Source of the DNA: Stylophora pistillata
Lineage: Eukaryota
DNA length: 64,000 nucleotides
Reading direction: 5' to 3'
NCBI RefSeq assembly: GCF_002571385.2
Contig: NW_019217784.1
Span: forward strand, 2,881,780 to 2,945,779
In this document: in pieces, positions 48,068 to 60,903 of the stretch
Layout of the letters: the number at the start of each line of letters is the position of its first letter
Numbering within the stretch: the stretch's first letter is position 1
Program-made: the position numbers and the translations under genes
The notes under the pieces: generated by a model
Seen by the model: only the letters and a program-made list of their open reading frames with translations
Databases searched by the model: none
What the model was told of the DNA's origin: nothing

Positions 48068-51000
48068 ATGAGTGGTTCGCGGAGACAGCGTCTTGCAGAT
48101 GAGGCAAGCGCAGGAAAGCCGCGAAAGGTGAGGAATATCCGTCAAATAATTATGTATTGTATCTAAAACTTCGGACGTCCAGCATTTCAAAAGACTTCCA
48201 GTCTCAGACAAGAGCAAGCATTGTTTCGGAAAACTCCATAAAAGATTGAAAACTAGTCTGGTTCACAAAGGTTATGAGCTTGAATGATAGAGAGGCCGGC
48301 ACGCTTTTCATGCCTGGGGTCGGAGTGGCTTTACAAAACTTTGGCTATCTCCCTTCAAAAAATAATGACTCTTTACTTTGTTTGGCTACCCAGGGTCAAT
48401 GAATATCTGTAGATCATTTTCACTAGACAAACCTACTTATGATACCGTTTTTCCGTTGCATGTGGCTTACCTAACTGACTCTATTTTCCTTTCACATATT
48501 TTCCTGTACATTATTAGTTTTAGCTAATGATTTTAAAGCTCAGCCAATTTTAAAGACAAAAAGTATACTGAGATATATTTGCCATGAATTTTACCTGTAT
48601 TTCATAATTTGGAGTACACTTTGATAAAGCCAGACAAAATTCATTAAAAAAAGAATCAATTTTTTTTGTTAGAGAGGTCACAATTTAATCCAGTTGTCCA
48701 AAGCCCTTTCTTATATTCTTCGTCATGGTGCTTCGAAAGAGGGTTTGCAAATGTCTGAAGGTAAATGTTTCTAGAATGTATTATTACAGTTATTGTAATA
48801 TATGTTTATGGTTTTTGCAGATAGTACACATCGATCTAGGTGCATGTTCTTAAGTTTTACCTCGCACTCTAGTAATTAGGAATGTAATCACAGGCAGTCA
48901 ATCTACTTGTGACTTAAGTTTACCTGTGAAATGAGTAGGATTGAAAGCCCGATTATTTGAGCCATGCTGGTTCCCTTTGCTGCAGCAATGTCTAAACTGG
49001 TACTGACTGAATGATCCAAGCCCAAAACAAAACCAGCTAACTTTGTTGAAATCCTCATTCAGTACATGGCAATCAAAGGAGCCTACAGAAGATAGTTGAG
49101 ATTCCAGAATTTTGTTAGTGGGATCTCAGGGCCTGCTCACCAAGGATTTGATTCATCTGCAGGCCAACTTTAAGCATACCATTATGAAGCCCAGCGTACA
49201 TCATGTGGCCCTTGGAACAACGTTAAAATCTGAATTCACGCACAAATTTGTAGACCTGCGAGACATAAATTATTGATGCTGCAACAGTACAATGTCAAGT
49301 GGAAAAAAAATTGATAAGAAAAAAGAAAATATCAGTTAGGGGATTATTCAATTACCAAATTATCAGTACTAGCATCATGAGAACTGTATGGCAGACAGTA
49401 AGGAAAATTACTTTAGAATGAGGGCATATTGTAAAATATGGACTGGATTGGATTTGTAAGACATGGACTGGATTTGTAAAATGTGGACTGGATTTGTAAA
49501 ACATGGACTGGTTTGTAAAACATGGATTTGTAAATNNNNNNNNNNNNNNNNNNNNNNNNNNNNNNNNNNNNNNNNNNNNNNNNNNNNNNNNNNNNNNNNN
49601 NNNNNNNNNNNNNNNNNNNNNNNNNNNNNNNNNNNNNNNNNNNNNNNNNNNNNNNNNNNNNNNNNNNNNNNNNNNNNNNNNNNNNNNNNNNNNNNNNNNN
49701 NNNNNNNNNNNNNNNNNNNNNNNNNNNNNNNNNNNNNNNNNNNNNNNNNNNNNNNNNNNNNNNNNNNNNNNNNNNNNNNNNNNNNNNNNNNNNNNNNNNN
49801 NNNNNNNNNNNNNNNNNNNNNNNNNNNNNNNNNNNNNNNNNNNNNNNNNNNNNNNNNNNNNNNNNNNNNNNNNNNNNNNNNNNNNNNNNNNNNNNNNNNN
49901 NNNNNNNNNNNNNNNNNNNNNNNNNNNNNNNNNNNNNNNNNNNNNNNNNNNNNNNNNNNNNNNNNNNNNNNNNNNNNNNNNNNNNNNNNNNNNNNNNNNN
50001 NNNNNNNNNNNNNNNNNNNNNNNNNNNNNNNNNNNNNNNNNNNNNNNNNNNNNNNNNNNNNNNNNNNNNNNNNNNNNNNNNNNNNNNNNNNNNNNNNNNN
50101 NNNNNNNNNNNNNNNNNNNNNNNNNNNNNNNNNNNNNNNNNNNNNNNNNNNNNNNNNNNNNNNNNNNNNNNNNNNNNNNNNNNNNNNNNNNNNNNNNNNN
50201 NNNNNNNNNNNNNNNNNNNNNNNNNNNNNNNNNNNNNNNNNNNNNNNNNNNNNNNNNNNNNNNNNNNNNNNNNNNNNNNNNNNNNNNNNNNNNNNNNNNN
50301 NNNNNNNCTGACTTTACATTAATTTTGTTTCTTCTCCTGTGTTAAAGATGAATAAAACACTGGAGTCTATCTAAGTGCCATGTACTTTAAATGTTTTCCA
50401 GATTTGTTATAANNGTAACTGTACATATCTGGACCGAGCTTTTTCAGTTAACTCAAAAATGTGAAAAAGTGAATACTCTGCATCCAGCAAACACGTGAAA
50501 AAGAGTGAAGAAGGTCGCGAGAAAGAAATTAAACACGGATAATTTTTAGTGTTTGAATTGGTAGCTAAAAATCCATGTTTTACAAATCCGTGTTTTACAA
50601 ATCCATGTTTTACAAATCCATGTTTTACAGATCCATGTTTTACAAATCCATGTTTTACAAATCCATGTTTTACAAATCCATGTTTTACAAATCCATGTTT
50701 TACAGATCCATGTTTTACAAATCCATGTTTAACAAATCCATGTTTAACAAATCCATGTTTTACAAATCAAGTCCATGTTTTACAAATCCAATCCAGTTGT
50801 TTTACAATATGCCTAGAATGAGATCTTAAGAGTGAGAGTATTAATATTAACTCTTTCACTCCCAACTAAGATAGAAATAAAAAACCTTTGCACTGTCTGC
50901 CACATTTCTTATATCTGAGAACTAGGTGCCAAATGAAACAATTTATTACATTGTGTGTATACTGGTATTATTTTTTTCCTACCTTTCATCACTTTTCTGT

Positions 51001-54000
51001 TTGAAAATGTATCAATACCCTTGGGAAAAATGAAGTATTAAATAAATATCAAAAGGAAACGGAATTTTACTTTTTGGGTCAGGCACAAAAGGACTTTAAT
51101 GATTATTGGATTATATTTTATCAACACTTATTCCTGTAGGATTTGTCTTTGTTGATGAGCTGTTAAAATTACAACAATTGAAAAGGTATTCTGAGAGTGA
51201 CATCAAAAAAGTTGTTGATGAGAATGACAAGAAGAGGTTTGCCCTAAGACTTGATGCAGCCACAAACAGGCTGCAAATCACTNNNNNNNNNNNNNNNNNN
51301 NNNNNNNNNNNNNNNNNNNNNNNNNNNNNNNNNNNNNNNNNNNNNNNNNNNNNNNNNNNNNNNNNNNNNNNNNNNNNNNNNNNNNNNNNNNNNNNNNNNN
51401 NNNNNNNNNNNNNNNNNNGGGCTGATATTCTCCCAGTATGGCCCTCGCGCTTGGTTAATAAGATATATGTATTGCAAGGGTAAGGATGTCCAAATCCAAA
51501 CAAGAAAGCTCTTCATACAATCATGAGGCAAGGGTTCAGTTTTTATGTTAGTTTGAAGTTTTGACCTTTAGGGCTTACAATCACAGTATCAAGCAGACAT
51601 TAGTGATGGTGATGAGAATGGTAAAAAAAAATGTCAACAACTGAAGGGGATTATTGTCTTATTCAAATTTAAATTCTCAGTACAAAATTTATAAGAGATG
51701 TAGGGCAGACAGTAAAGAGAATTTTCATCAAGTTGTTGGAAGCGAAGGGTTAATGAGTGTAGGTTTAACTGATGCTAATTTTTTTATTAAATAAATTTTT
51801 TTTGCATTTTAGGTTGATGATCTTGAACTGGATCCCATCACAGATCACTCTGATGCACCAGTTGTTGTCCATGGCACCTACAGTGAGTGTTGGGAGCTAA
51901 TAAAATCTCAGGTGGGTATTTTTACTTTTTTTGGCATTTTTTTTTTTCATTGTTTTTTTCATTAACCCTCATCTGGCTATGTTGTTACTTGCAAAACACT
52001 TTTTTTCTCTTACCAGGGTTTGTCAAGAATGAGCAGAAATCATATTCATTTTGCAACAGGAGAACCAGGAGAAGAGGGAGTCATCAGTGGTCAGTAAATG
52101 TTTGTAAATAAATGTTTTGCTTCTGCTAGTGGTTGTGCAATACATATTGTATCTGTATTTAAGATACTTTACAAATATTAATAACGGTAGCCAACTAGCC
52201 ACAGACTAGTAAAAATTCAGTTTTGGCTGGTGGTTTTTGATTTCTACCAGCCAGTTTGGCTTAGTAAGCGAACTAAAATTGTTGTAACATCTAAGTTTTC
52301 ACTAGCCACTCTGCTAGTAAATTGAAAAGTTAGTGTCAAACCCTGATCAATGATGATGACTCCACTGTTAGCCTCAGTGGCAAGTCCCTTTCAACAACTC
52401 ATTGTAACACTGTGCCTTACTTTTGGTTTACATGTCATTATGCACTACTGGTTGAGAAGGCTAATTAAAAAGCCAAGAACTCATTTTAGTATTAATTTTT
52501 AGATAATCTTCATCATTACCGTGTAGTGATAAGTNNNNNNNNNNNNNNNNNNNNNNNNNNNNNNNNNNNNNNNNNNNNNNNNNNNNNNNNNNNNNNNNNN
52601 NNNNNNNNNNNNNNNNNNNNNNNNNNNNNNNNNNNNNNNNNNNNNNNNNNNNNNNNNNNNNNNNNNNNNNNNNNNNNNNNNNNNNNNNNNNNNNNNNNNN
52701 NNNNNNNNNNNNNNNNNNNNNNNNNNNNNNNNNNNNNNNNNNNNNNNNNNNNNNNNNNNNNNNNNNNNNNNNNNNNNNNNNNNNNNNNNNNNNNNNNNNN
52801 NNNNNNNNNNNNNNNNNNNNNNNNNNNNNNNNNNNNNNNAGTGGCTTTACAATTAGTGCTAGTCAGGAATGTAACATGATAAGTTTCGGGAAAATTCAGA
52901 ACCCTGAATTTTTTTCACAACATGTAAATAAAGTGACGTTATCTTATCTCAACATGTGTCTGTGAGTCAGTACGATATTCTAATTGTTTTCTTTTATTTA
53001 ACATCATTTATAACATAACCAAAGTAAAGCGCACACTCTGATTGGTCAGTTTAGCATCCCCCATTTGCCCATGGGTGTACGCTGCTGACATGAGCAAATG
53101 CAAAGACTATTTTTCTGCGCGCGCTTGTTTTTTCTGGTCGTGTAAGATTTGTTAAATAAAAGGGAACTCTTTAGCTACAATGTATCAATGTTATGTTATA
53201 AAACAAATGATAAACACCACAGTGTATACGATTGAGTTATGGATGCACTCGAGAGGTTTGCTAAGCACTCGAGAAGCTAGAGTCACTCTCGGCTATCGCC
53301 TCGCACGAATCTTACGTTTCTTTCGTGCTTAGCAACCTCCTGCGTGCATCCATAACTGAATAGTGTACACTGTGGTGTTTATCATTTGTTAATTATATTC
53401 CTTTAGGAATGCGTTCGAGCTGTCAAATCCTGGTGTTTATCAACCTCAAAAAGGCCTTAAGCGGTACAGTAACTTAGAATTAGTTTAAATTTATAAAATA
53501 TAGTTGACTTGTGACTAATTAAATGTCCCATTCTTGTTTAATAGTTTAATTTTCCTGTTTTTGTTTTGGTTTTGGTTTCTTTTTACTTTTTACTGTAACA
53601 GTTTTTTTTTTTCAATACTTGAATCAGCCACACTGCTTCCATCAGTACAAGTCATGAATTTAGTTCACCAAAGGTTCTATGGCTCAGCAGTAATACAGTG
53701 TCTCATAGATATGTAGAATTTTAACTTTTTCTCCTGCTTGTGATTGAACCAAAAAAAATTTCTCTACATGAAGTAATGTTGGTTTAACTTTTAACCCTTG
53801 AACTCCTAGAAGTGATTAACCTGTAACTTCTCCCTATAATATCCATACATGATCCAGCAAACAGGTAATGAGAATACTCAAACTTATCAGGTGAGAGTTG
53901 TTACCTTGATTGAACACCAAATTCTCATAACCAATTTACAAGGAAATGTATAGCAGTTAGAGGGGAGAATTAACAATCAGATCTAGGGAGTTAAAGGGTT

Positions 54001-54558
54001 AATGGCTAAGGCCACAATGCAAAGTGTTCTTGAATCAAAATACCTGCCTAGAATTAATTTATACATTTCTTTTTTCATTCAGATGGCTTCAGATTTTATC
54101 TATCAGCCAACAATGTGATTCTTTGTCCTGGTAATGAACAAGGATTTCTCCCACCTCAATACTTTGAAAAGGTTGTACAGACTAAACCCAGTAAGTATGT
54201 GATTTTCATTTATTTCATAAACAAACAGACTGTAGATGCTAGTAGAGAAAAAGCCATGTAACAGTCAGAACTTAAACTCAGGGCTCAACAATAACAGTAG
54301 CCCACTAGCCACAAACTAGTAGATATTCAGTTTTGGCTAGTGGTTTTCAATTTCCACCACCCAGTTTGGCTAGTAAACAGACTGAAATTGTCGTAACATC
54401 TAAAATCATCTACGATGTCACTAGCCACTTGGCTAGTAAGTTGAAAAATTAGTGTCGAGCCCTGAAACTATGCTGGTTTGTGGGAATGTAATGCTGTTTA
54501 ATGTGGCTTTGTCTTGTTTTTGTTTTCAGAAAGACAACTACTTCTTTCTGCCAACTGA
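48068..54558 (+). CDS. TRPT1: tRNA 2'-phosphotransferase 1 (Tpt1/KptA); exons 48068-48127, 48673-48760, 51140-(gap at 51283), 51813-51911, 52017-52089, 53407-53463, 54083-54191, 54530-54558
   Basis: [57 protein letters not shown]; the RANQGHS segment should fall in the N-gap. Confidence 0.92.
49423..50813. mobile_element. Mutator/foldback-type element with minisatellite arms, in TRPT1 intron 2
   Basis: 9-bp TSD tagaatgag (49414-49422 and 50814-50822), TIR ggcatattgtaaaa / ttttacaatatgcc, and a 15-bp tandem unit aaatccatgttttac in inverted arms. Confidence 0.85.
49536..50307. other. Assembly gap; others at 51283-51418 and 52535-52839, with short Ns at 13729, 50413-50414 and 62954
   Basis: Runs of N. 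Confidence 1.
53008..53390. repeat. Twin-hairpin interspersed repeat (family D); half copy at about 14070-14186
   Basis: ttataacataac...gttatgttataa, spacer aacaaa, tgataaacaccacag...ctgtggtgtttatca. Confidence 0.75.
53791..54002. mobile_element. piggyBac-type MITE (TTAA-CCC...GGG-TTAA), abundant family; other copies at about 611-810, 9382-9577, 11945-12150, 26603-26814, 33438-33651, 45713-45860, 46561-46775, 51570-51752, 57016-57228
   Basis: TTAA target duplication, ccctt/aaggg ends and shared internal motifs (atgagaata, accaaattctc, gagaatt). Confidence 0.8.
54279..54464. mobile_element. hAT-like MITE, uninterrupted copy with 5-bp TSD (aaact)
   Basis: aaact-cagggctcaacaataac ... ttagtgtcgagccctg-aaact. 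Confidence 0.75.
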
Positions 54559-54913
54559 TCATAAAATGTACTATAATTATTCATTATGAAAGTATATGTT
54601 AAGATGAAACAAACAAAGTTTGTGATTAAAATATTTCTTTGGTTTGAACTTTTTAAAAAGCAAAGAAAATGTACATGTAAACCACAAGGTATGTTGTACA
54701 TGTATGTGTTGGTGAATAAAAAGAGATACCAGTCATAACTTTATAATTGTCATTTAATTTATAAATCTGGCAATAATGAGAAGATTGAGAAATCAATGAC
54801 TGACCAGTTTCACTAAATACATGTAAGAAAAAAAGGAAACCAGGCAAAAATTAATTTTCATGCAATAAATAGTTGTGCCTGTGAACATGGTTAGTATGAA
54901 ACTCTGAAACCCC

Positions 54914-57496
54914 TCAACCAGTTCCTAAAGCAGTAATTGGTATCCCTGTGTCTGCAAAGTTTTGTTTCCAGATATACTCAGTTTGATATGAACTTCCATC
55001 ACCACAACTTTGAGCACAAGTGTACACAAGTAATGTTCCCCAATCAGCACTTTCTTCAAGACTGTCCACATGCAAATAGTTTAGCAACTGAGGCATAATC
55101 TGAAAAGGAAATTAAAAAGCAATCTTTAATAAGATCAATGAAAGAAAAAATAACAATCATTACTAAGATCAGTAAAAGAAAAAAAAATGTAGTATTGACC
55201 TGACAATTTTCTTATCAAAAAACTGATAGAAATACCAGTAATTGCTATCACCAACATCACAGTGGGTTTTTTTCCAAACCTTTAAGCTCCCTGAGGTGGT
55301 TAACAAGTAAATTTTTCCTCACCATATTGTTGCAATATTCAGCCAACATCAGGGGAAGAAATATTTAATCTCTTATCAACTCCATGGTGTTAACCGAACA
55401 AATATTTGTACAATACTGAATTGCAATATTGGGAATTATGAATCAATGCTTTCAAGTTCATTAATGATTTTCCCAGATGAGCTGCAATTGAATAGAACTG
55501 CAGAAAAGAAGTCAGGTTTTCTCAGAATTGGGAAATGCTCCCCACAGATACTAGTTGAGGGTTACCATCAACCGAGTTGTATAAAGCCACCTGCTGGGTG
55601 AAAGGAAAATTTTAGTGGGTTCTTCATTCCTGTGAAAGAATTTTCTGTATGCAATATTATTTATTAAAAAAAGAGAATTTTCCGTTTAAAACATTGGCCA
55701 CAACAAAACACACTACATGTGCAGAAAGAGTTAAAGAGTTAAATCAGATTTTGTTTTAAATACCACATATAAATTGTAACACACAGTACTATTATCAAGG
55801 TTTCCAAAGGGCACAAAATAATGTTACCATCATTATCACCTGAAATTCAAACACCCTTTCAGACCCACATTTACATCTTGGAATGTCATCTTTGCTGGGC
55901 TTGCCTTCATCAGAGACCCAGAGTGGTTCACCATTTTGGTGATAGCGCAAAACCTAAAGGACAAAACAGGACAACTATCACAAAATGTTTTGGTGTTTTA
56001 CTAATATAAGCTCACCAAAGAAATTCCCATTTAAAAGGGTTGAATTCCAAGCATTCTCACATGTGCTCTGACTGAGTAATATTTACACTACTTCATCTTT
56101 CAAAGGTGATTGATATGGTGAGGGAAAAGGTACTGTAGTCTGGAAGATCTGCCTCTTAAACAAGATGGTTAAAAAGGGAAAAGTCAGCAGTAATGCCAAG
56201 ATGCTCACAATGCCAGTGCTTATCCCAGCATTCGTTGCCAAAAGCGTCTGTGAGAATTGTTACTCCCTCCAAAAAAGTGAGATGTTATTCCCATGCAGGT
56301 TACTACCCTACCCCTCCCCCCTCAGTATTGTATTAAGTTTTGCCCACAGGAAGAAGAGCACATTATATAGTGGGGTTTTAGGGAGAAACAAGCGAAGCTG
56401 ATCAAGTATAACGTGAGGGAAAACGTCTTTGGGCTGCGTGCTTTAGACAAGAGATAAATTAATATAAAATACAGTAAACACCTGCATATAAGAACACATA
56501 ATTTTGGAGGCCTGGCTGATCAGGTTCTTATTTATCGGGTGCTTAGTGAAAAATCAGCCAGAAGGTGTTCTTTAATTTTTCTTAAATTTTGTTGTTGGAA
56601 TTCAGAACTGTAACAATGCAAAACAATGCTTGAGATTAAATTAGCATATTTAATGAAAAAGAAAATTAATAAATATCGTGACATTATTGTAACAATTAGC
56701 CTGCAAAATAAAATCAGCCTTATTGATAGTTAACTAGTGAACAGAACAAGAAAATACATCTAACATGAAGGGCATGTTAATGTCTTATCCATTTTATAAG
56801 AACATTTTATATTTCCAGGCTGATTTTGTTCTTATAAAAATGGTGCTTTATTTGCAAAATTTCAGCCTGATGTTCTTAATCCATGCATTCTTATATGCGG
56901 GTGTTTACTGTATCTCTGCAGCCCAAAAACTAATTTACAGACTTAACCAGGTACAACAAACAAGTGCTCAATGAAGGTAGAGGGGGAGTTGTTCAATTTT
57001 TTTCTTGCTCTCTATTTAACTCTTTAATCCCCCAGAGTGACCAACATCAAATTTCTCCTAACAATATCACCCCTCAATCACATGTTAATATTATGAGAAT
57101 AAAGTAGGTCATCACCAACCAAAGAAGCTCTTGATTGTTCAACAAATTCACCTTGTCATCATGTTAGGAAATGTATAGAGAACAGTAGGGAGAATTTTGG
57201 TTACTGATAATAGTGTGGAAAGGGTTAACAGACCTGTTTGGGTTCTCTGGCAATTCTCTTTTTGAATTTCCTAAACTGTTTATCGGCAAGTAAAGCTTCC
57301 TTTCCAAGGGAAGCTAAGGATTCTAATTCTTTGTCACTTCCCATATCTGTGAGCAGCTCATTTGTTTTCATAAACTGTTTGAATTCATCTAATCTGTCCT
57401 TTTCACTTTTCTCAATTTCCTCATTTTCATCTGGTTCTGTCTCAATTACTAGTTCATATTCTGGAAAGAGAATTTTACTGTTCCCACGCTTGTCAC
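54914..57496 (-). CDS. PDCD2: Programmed cell death protein 2, C-terminal exons only (57496-57234, 55953-55840, 55099-54914)
   Basis: LFPEYELVIETE, FRKFKKRIAREPKQ-VLRY...PLWVS...[24 protein letters not shown]...DWGTLLVYTCAQSC (PDCD2_C domain). N-terminal and MYND exons were not found in the window. Confidence 0.9.
56472..56910. mobile_element. Tc1/mariner-type MITE
   Basis: TA-cagtaaacacctgcatataagaa ... ttcttatatgcgggtgtttactg-TA. Confidence 0.8.
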
Positions 57497-59381
57497 CTGA
57501 AAACAAAAATAAATGAATAAGAAGATCAATTAAGGATATAACAAGAACAAACTGATAAAATCACTCAAAAGCCCCAATCAACCTTGATAAACTTTTAGGG
57601 ATATGTTGGAGACATTTAAAGGGTTTGATATTTTCCAAGTAAATATTTTTATTGGTACATGTCTCAGTAACTTCTACAGTTTGATGATCATTGTTGCTGA
57701 AAGTTCTTAGTTTTTTTTATTTTTACATCAAAGCCCAACATAACCTGCTGTGACATTCAACCATTACACACATTGAGACTTGAGAAATGTATGCTAATAA
57801 CTGTTGTCGTCATTATTTCAACTGTTTCAAGTGAATATGCAGATCAATAATTACACATCCAGGAGAGATTTTCCATACAACCTTGTACTTCATTATGCAA
57901 ACAGTTATTGGATAAAGAAAATAATGATGAAAATGATAAATTGCCCTTGGGACTAAGGCTTTGATTTAAAATTAGATGGGGTTAAACTTAAAACTTTCCA
58001 GCAACTGATTTAGTACAATTGTACATTCACGTACTGTATAAGAGAAAAAAGTGATGAAAAAGTAAATGATCCTACCAAATGGGCCTCCATCACACATCTT
58101 TTCTGACTGAAATCATTGGACAAAAGTTATAATTATGTACTCTACATGTATTTTTGTCCTTTTAACTCCGTTGGGGAAAATGTTGGAATAATAACATCTT
58201 ACCACTTCTGCTAGGTCAAGCTATATGTATTCAATGCATTCAAATTAAAAAAAAATGTGACTAAAAACCAATGATGATTTGAGAGGGTAAATTTAATTTT
58301 TCACAGATTAAATCTAACACCCTATAGTTTTAACACAATACCTATTAAATAACTGGACAACAATATACACTCATTCGTGTACCATTTTATAGTCATGTAT
58401 TTACAAAGTGATGATTGAAGTATCAACAACCTACAAAATACATTTTTCTATATGTAATTGCATGAATTTTAATGGTTAGTATTACATTGATTTCTCCACA
58501 TACTAACAACAAATTCAAGTACTCAATAAATACAGCGGTAGTCATACTTCCCTACTAAGGAGGAAATGCATTCACAACGAATACAGTGACATACTTTTAT
58601 AACTACATCAACAGAATGTATTTTGTTCTCTTTTTGCATCTTAGTAAGTTTATCACAACTTTCAAAAGTACCTCATATTAAATTTCAATCTACATATATG
58701 TAGTAATTTGAATATATCAACAACGTTGAAATGGTAAATTGGCCACTGTTACAATTATAAAAGCTGACATAACGGTGGCCAATTTACCATTTCAACTTTG
58801 TTGATATATTCAAATTATTTCGTTACCCCTACCGATGCAGCCCCAAACAGTTTCTTTAGAAACTATCAGCCTTTTTACATATATGTAGGATAAAAGAACT
58901 TAAAATGATTTACGAACACAAAAACTTAAATGAAGCCTGAGAAAGCAGAGACCATTTTTGCAAAAGAAAAGACCTCTACTCTGTTCTAAAAGGATACCTC
59001 AGATAATCCATACAAATAGTTTAAGTAGTAACAGAAGCATATGAGCCAGCTAGGTTATAAGCTTCCAGTAGTTATAGCATGGCTTATTGACAAAAGTTAC
59101 TAGTACATGTCTAGGGCATTTAGTTAGTCATCTTTCATTCAAAGCTAGCACCTTGTCTTATTTCAGGCTATTTCTCTGAGTGGTTTCAATAAGTTTGCAG
59201 CTAAGGAAAGTGCAATTTTTATTCCAGTGTTCTTAATTTCATAAGGGGGGCAACATGGTTAGATATAATTTATACAGTGAATTTTGCCCCTTGTTGGCTG
59301 ACTGATAGAAATCCCAATATCTACTGGCTACTTTTTGTATTTGTGCAGTCTTTACATTCATCTAGAACATGTAACTTTAGT

Positions 59382-60903
59382 TTAATCAAACCCTCCTCCA
59401 TCATCAAAGCCTCCCCCATCAAATCCACCACCATCATCAAATCCACCACCACCATCAAACCCACCCGTGTCACCATAATGTTCATGATACTCAGGACCTC
59501 CATAGTGATGGTGCTCATGAAAGTGATCTCCCCCGCTATGGAAGTGGTCATGATCATGTATGTGGATTTGTGACCCATGCCCGTAATAATGAGGTCCGTG
59601 TAGAGCATTTGCCATTACTGCACCAGCTGCCATTCCAACCAAGAGGTCTCCACCTCTATCTCTGTCCTGGACCACAACTGTCTGGGATTGCTGAATGACC
59701 CCAGGGGTTCCATATCCCACAGGCTGACCAGGATAACGCTGGCTGTAGTAAGGTGGTGGTGGTCCACGTTGTTGGGGTTAGACTGCTTGTTGTGGGTAAG
59801 ATGATGGATATTGCGCTGAAAATGGATAAAAAAAAATTAATTTAAGATTTAAAAAATGGTCCTGAATGAAACAGTTGATTTTGTTTCTTGAGAATATCAA
59901 TGTTTCCTGAGTGAGGCAGAAGGTGAGACAAACAGAATAATAAATTTTTCCACAGGAAACAATTAAATTTAGATGATTTGTTATATAGCATAACAGGGGC
60001 ATTACTGGACAAAATGTGAAAACAAATGGAAATTTTGCTGATAAATTTCATGTAAGTCCATATGCATACTAGTGAAAAATACCACTGTGCTAAAAACTAA
60101 ATGCTATATTCAATCACACTCAGTTCACATGCAATAGCCATTACTGGCCAACATTTTCCGGTAACAGTGTACTGTTACCCTCTGATATCAGCTGATTTTG
60201 CGGTCTTGCCCACGAGTAAAGATTTTTGATCAGAAACAGTTTCATACCTACTTTCAAAAAGCTTACTAACAGTTAACATGGGGAAAAATATTCGAAAAGT
60301 TGGTTGTACCAACCTACAGTTTGAGTTCCATTATACTGTGGTGTGACCACGGTCGATTGCTGAGTTGTTATCTGATGGTAAACAAATCAGAAATATCAAC
60401 ATGATTCATATAATAGAACTTACTAATCCTTTTTAATAGTTCTGAGAATCCAAAAAACGAGCATGACTTTTCTAAATCAGTGGCTTTCAATTCCACCTCC
60501 ATCATTAACGAGCAAGATATACAGATATAGAAAAGTTTAAATGGGAGAAAATTTAAGGAATAAATAGAGGGAAGGATGAAGCAATTCACGTTAACAAATT
60601 CACTATGGGCTTTGGTGGTTTAGATCTCCTAAGGTTAATTACGCTTGTTTTCCTTACTTCCTGATTAATTAAACGGTACCGACTTCAGCTTAACACAACA
60701 ATTCTAGCGTTCTTTTTGATAATTATCTACCGAATGTTCTACAAAAAAGCCTCAAAACAAAAATTATAACAAATCTCCAGTCACCTGGGTGAGAGCAATT
60801 AAGGGAAGACAGTCAATCGAACGATTGCACCGCAGAGAAAAGATGATTTCAGACTAGTTTGTACACTTACCACAGCACCCGACGAAGAACTACCACAACC
60901 CAT
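59382..60903 (-). CDS. Small low-complexity protein (MGCGSS acylation motif, PPPPY, GMAAGAVMANAL helix, His-rich and GGFD tail); exons 60903-60871, 60371-60314, 59815-59382; in-frame TAA at 59780-59778
   Basis: Three GT-AG exons in phase give MGCGSSSSGAV-ITTQQSTVVTPQYNGTQTV-AQYPSSYPQQAV*PQQRGPPPPYYSQRYPGQPVGYG...GGFD*. Confidence 0.7.

Noticed and set aside
49463-52879. Long ORFs with X runs and the NPCFT/FYKSM repeat ORFs
   Set aside because: Artefacts of N-gaps and a stop-free 15-bp minisatellite.
59778-59780. Programmed readthrough or selenocysteine
   Set aside because: The codon is TAA, not TGA, with no supporting context; a point change from TAC is simpler.
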